From Octopus bimaculoides (Eukaryota): DNA of 64,000 nucleotides. Position numbers and translations under genes: made by a program. The stretch's first letter is position 1. Every line of letters starts with the position of its first letter. Location: positions 23,455,528 through 23,519,527 of the forward strand of contig NC_069001.1 of NCBI RefSeq assembly GCF_001194135.2, read 5' to 3'. Positions 63,440-64,000 of this stretch are shown here, one piece after another. A model generated the notes under the pieces. The model did not search any database, was not told the DNA's origin, and saw only the letters and a list, made by a program, of their open reading frames with translations.

Positions 63440-63650
63440 AGCAAACAGGAACTAACAGTTGATACCCAAGGTCAAGAATCGTATAACAGAGTGTAATTAA
63501 CGTGGCAGTGCCAGGAGATCAACGTATTGTCATGAAAGAAAGAGAAAAGGACGAAAAATATGAAGAACTGGAAATTGAGACCCCTAAGATGTGCAGCTTA
63601 AAGAATCAAACATAAAAGTTGTCACTATCTGTCTGAGGATTTTGTTGTGA
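63440..63650 (+). mobile_element. RLE-domain fragment of an R4-like LINE
   Basis: NVAVPGDQRIVMKEREKDEKYEELEIE resembles the D.AVP.D..I..KE.EK..KY..L RLE motif. Confidence 0.6.
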
Positions 63651-63764
63651 CTTCACACCCAGTACAAACCCCCCCCGGTACACAAAATATCTTCAATCTC
63701 CATCACAATATTGGATACTGTGTGATGTCTTCAATAATAAAAATAATAATTCTTTCTACTAAAG

Positions 63765-63968
63765 GCTCAAGGCCTGAAATTTTGGGGGAGGGAGGTGGTA
63801 AGTCGATTTCATTGATCCCCAGTGTTTTACTGGTACTGAATTTAGCGACCCTGAAAGGATGAAAGGCAAAGTTGACCTCAGCAGAATTTAAACCCAGAAT
63901 GTGAAGACAGACAAAATACAGCTAAGCGTTTCAACCAGCATGCTAAACAATTCTACCAGCTTGCCACC
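63765..63968 (-). mobile_element. Family D (Nin-like) SINE, diverged
   Basis: gaaaggatgaaaggcaaagttgacctcagcagaatttaaacccag...ctaccagcttgccacc, similar to 27130-27360. Confidence 0.75.
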
Positions 63969-64000
63969 TAAATAATAATATCTACAAATGTTCATATTTA

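Overview
AT-rich, repeat-dense animal genomic DNA from a gapped short-read assembly, with 13 N-runs that mostly sit beside (TA)n microsatellites. The SINE and LINE families look like those of an octopus or other coleoid cephalopod; this is recognition from memory, not a database result. No complete protein-coding gene is visible, and most listed ORFs are microsatellite or N-gap artefacts. The window is a mosaic of degenerate transposons: RTE LINEs, R4/Dong-like RLE LINEs, Tc1 and maT/mariner transposases, Tigger/pogo, hAT-Charlie, a TA-flanked DDE element, a Helentron-type HINE, several tRNA-derived SINE families and fold-back/MITE palindromes. A few short splice-bounded open frames suggest it may be intronic sequence of a large, unidentified + strand gene. 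The most interesting signal is a set of type I minimal hammerhead-ribozyme motifs. Two well-formed copies belong to one roughly 500 bp non-coding element (16.2 kb minus, 50.7 kb plus), and the 16.2 kb copy carries a 49 bp inverted tail that starts at the predicted cleavage site. Three more motifs are degenerate (6.7, 13.1, 27.6 kb). Together they point to Penelope-like or retrozyme-type RNA elements. Also notable are a tRNA-Asp pseudogene fused to a headless SINE, R4-like 3' ends abutting (CA)n, and many inverted repeats able to form long dsRNA. Element boundaries were set by eye and are approximate unless stated.
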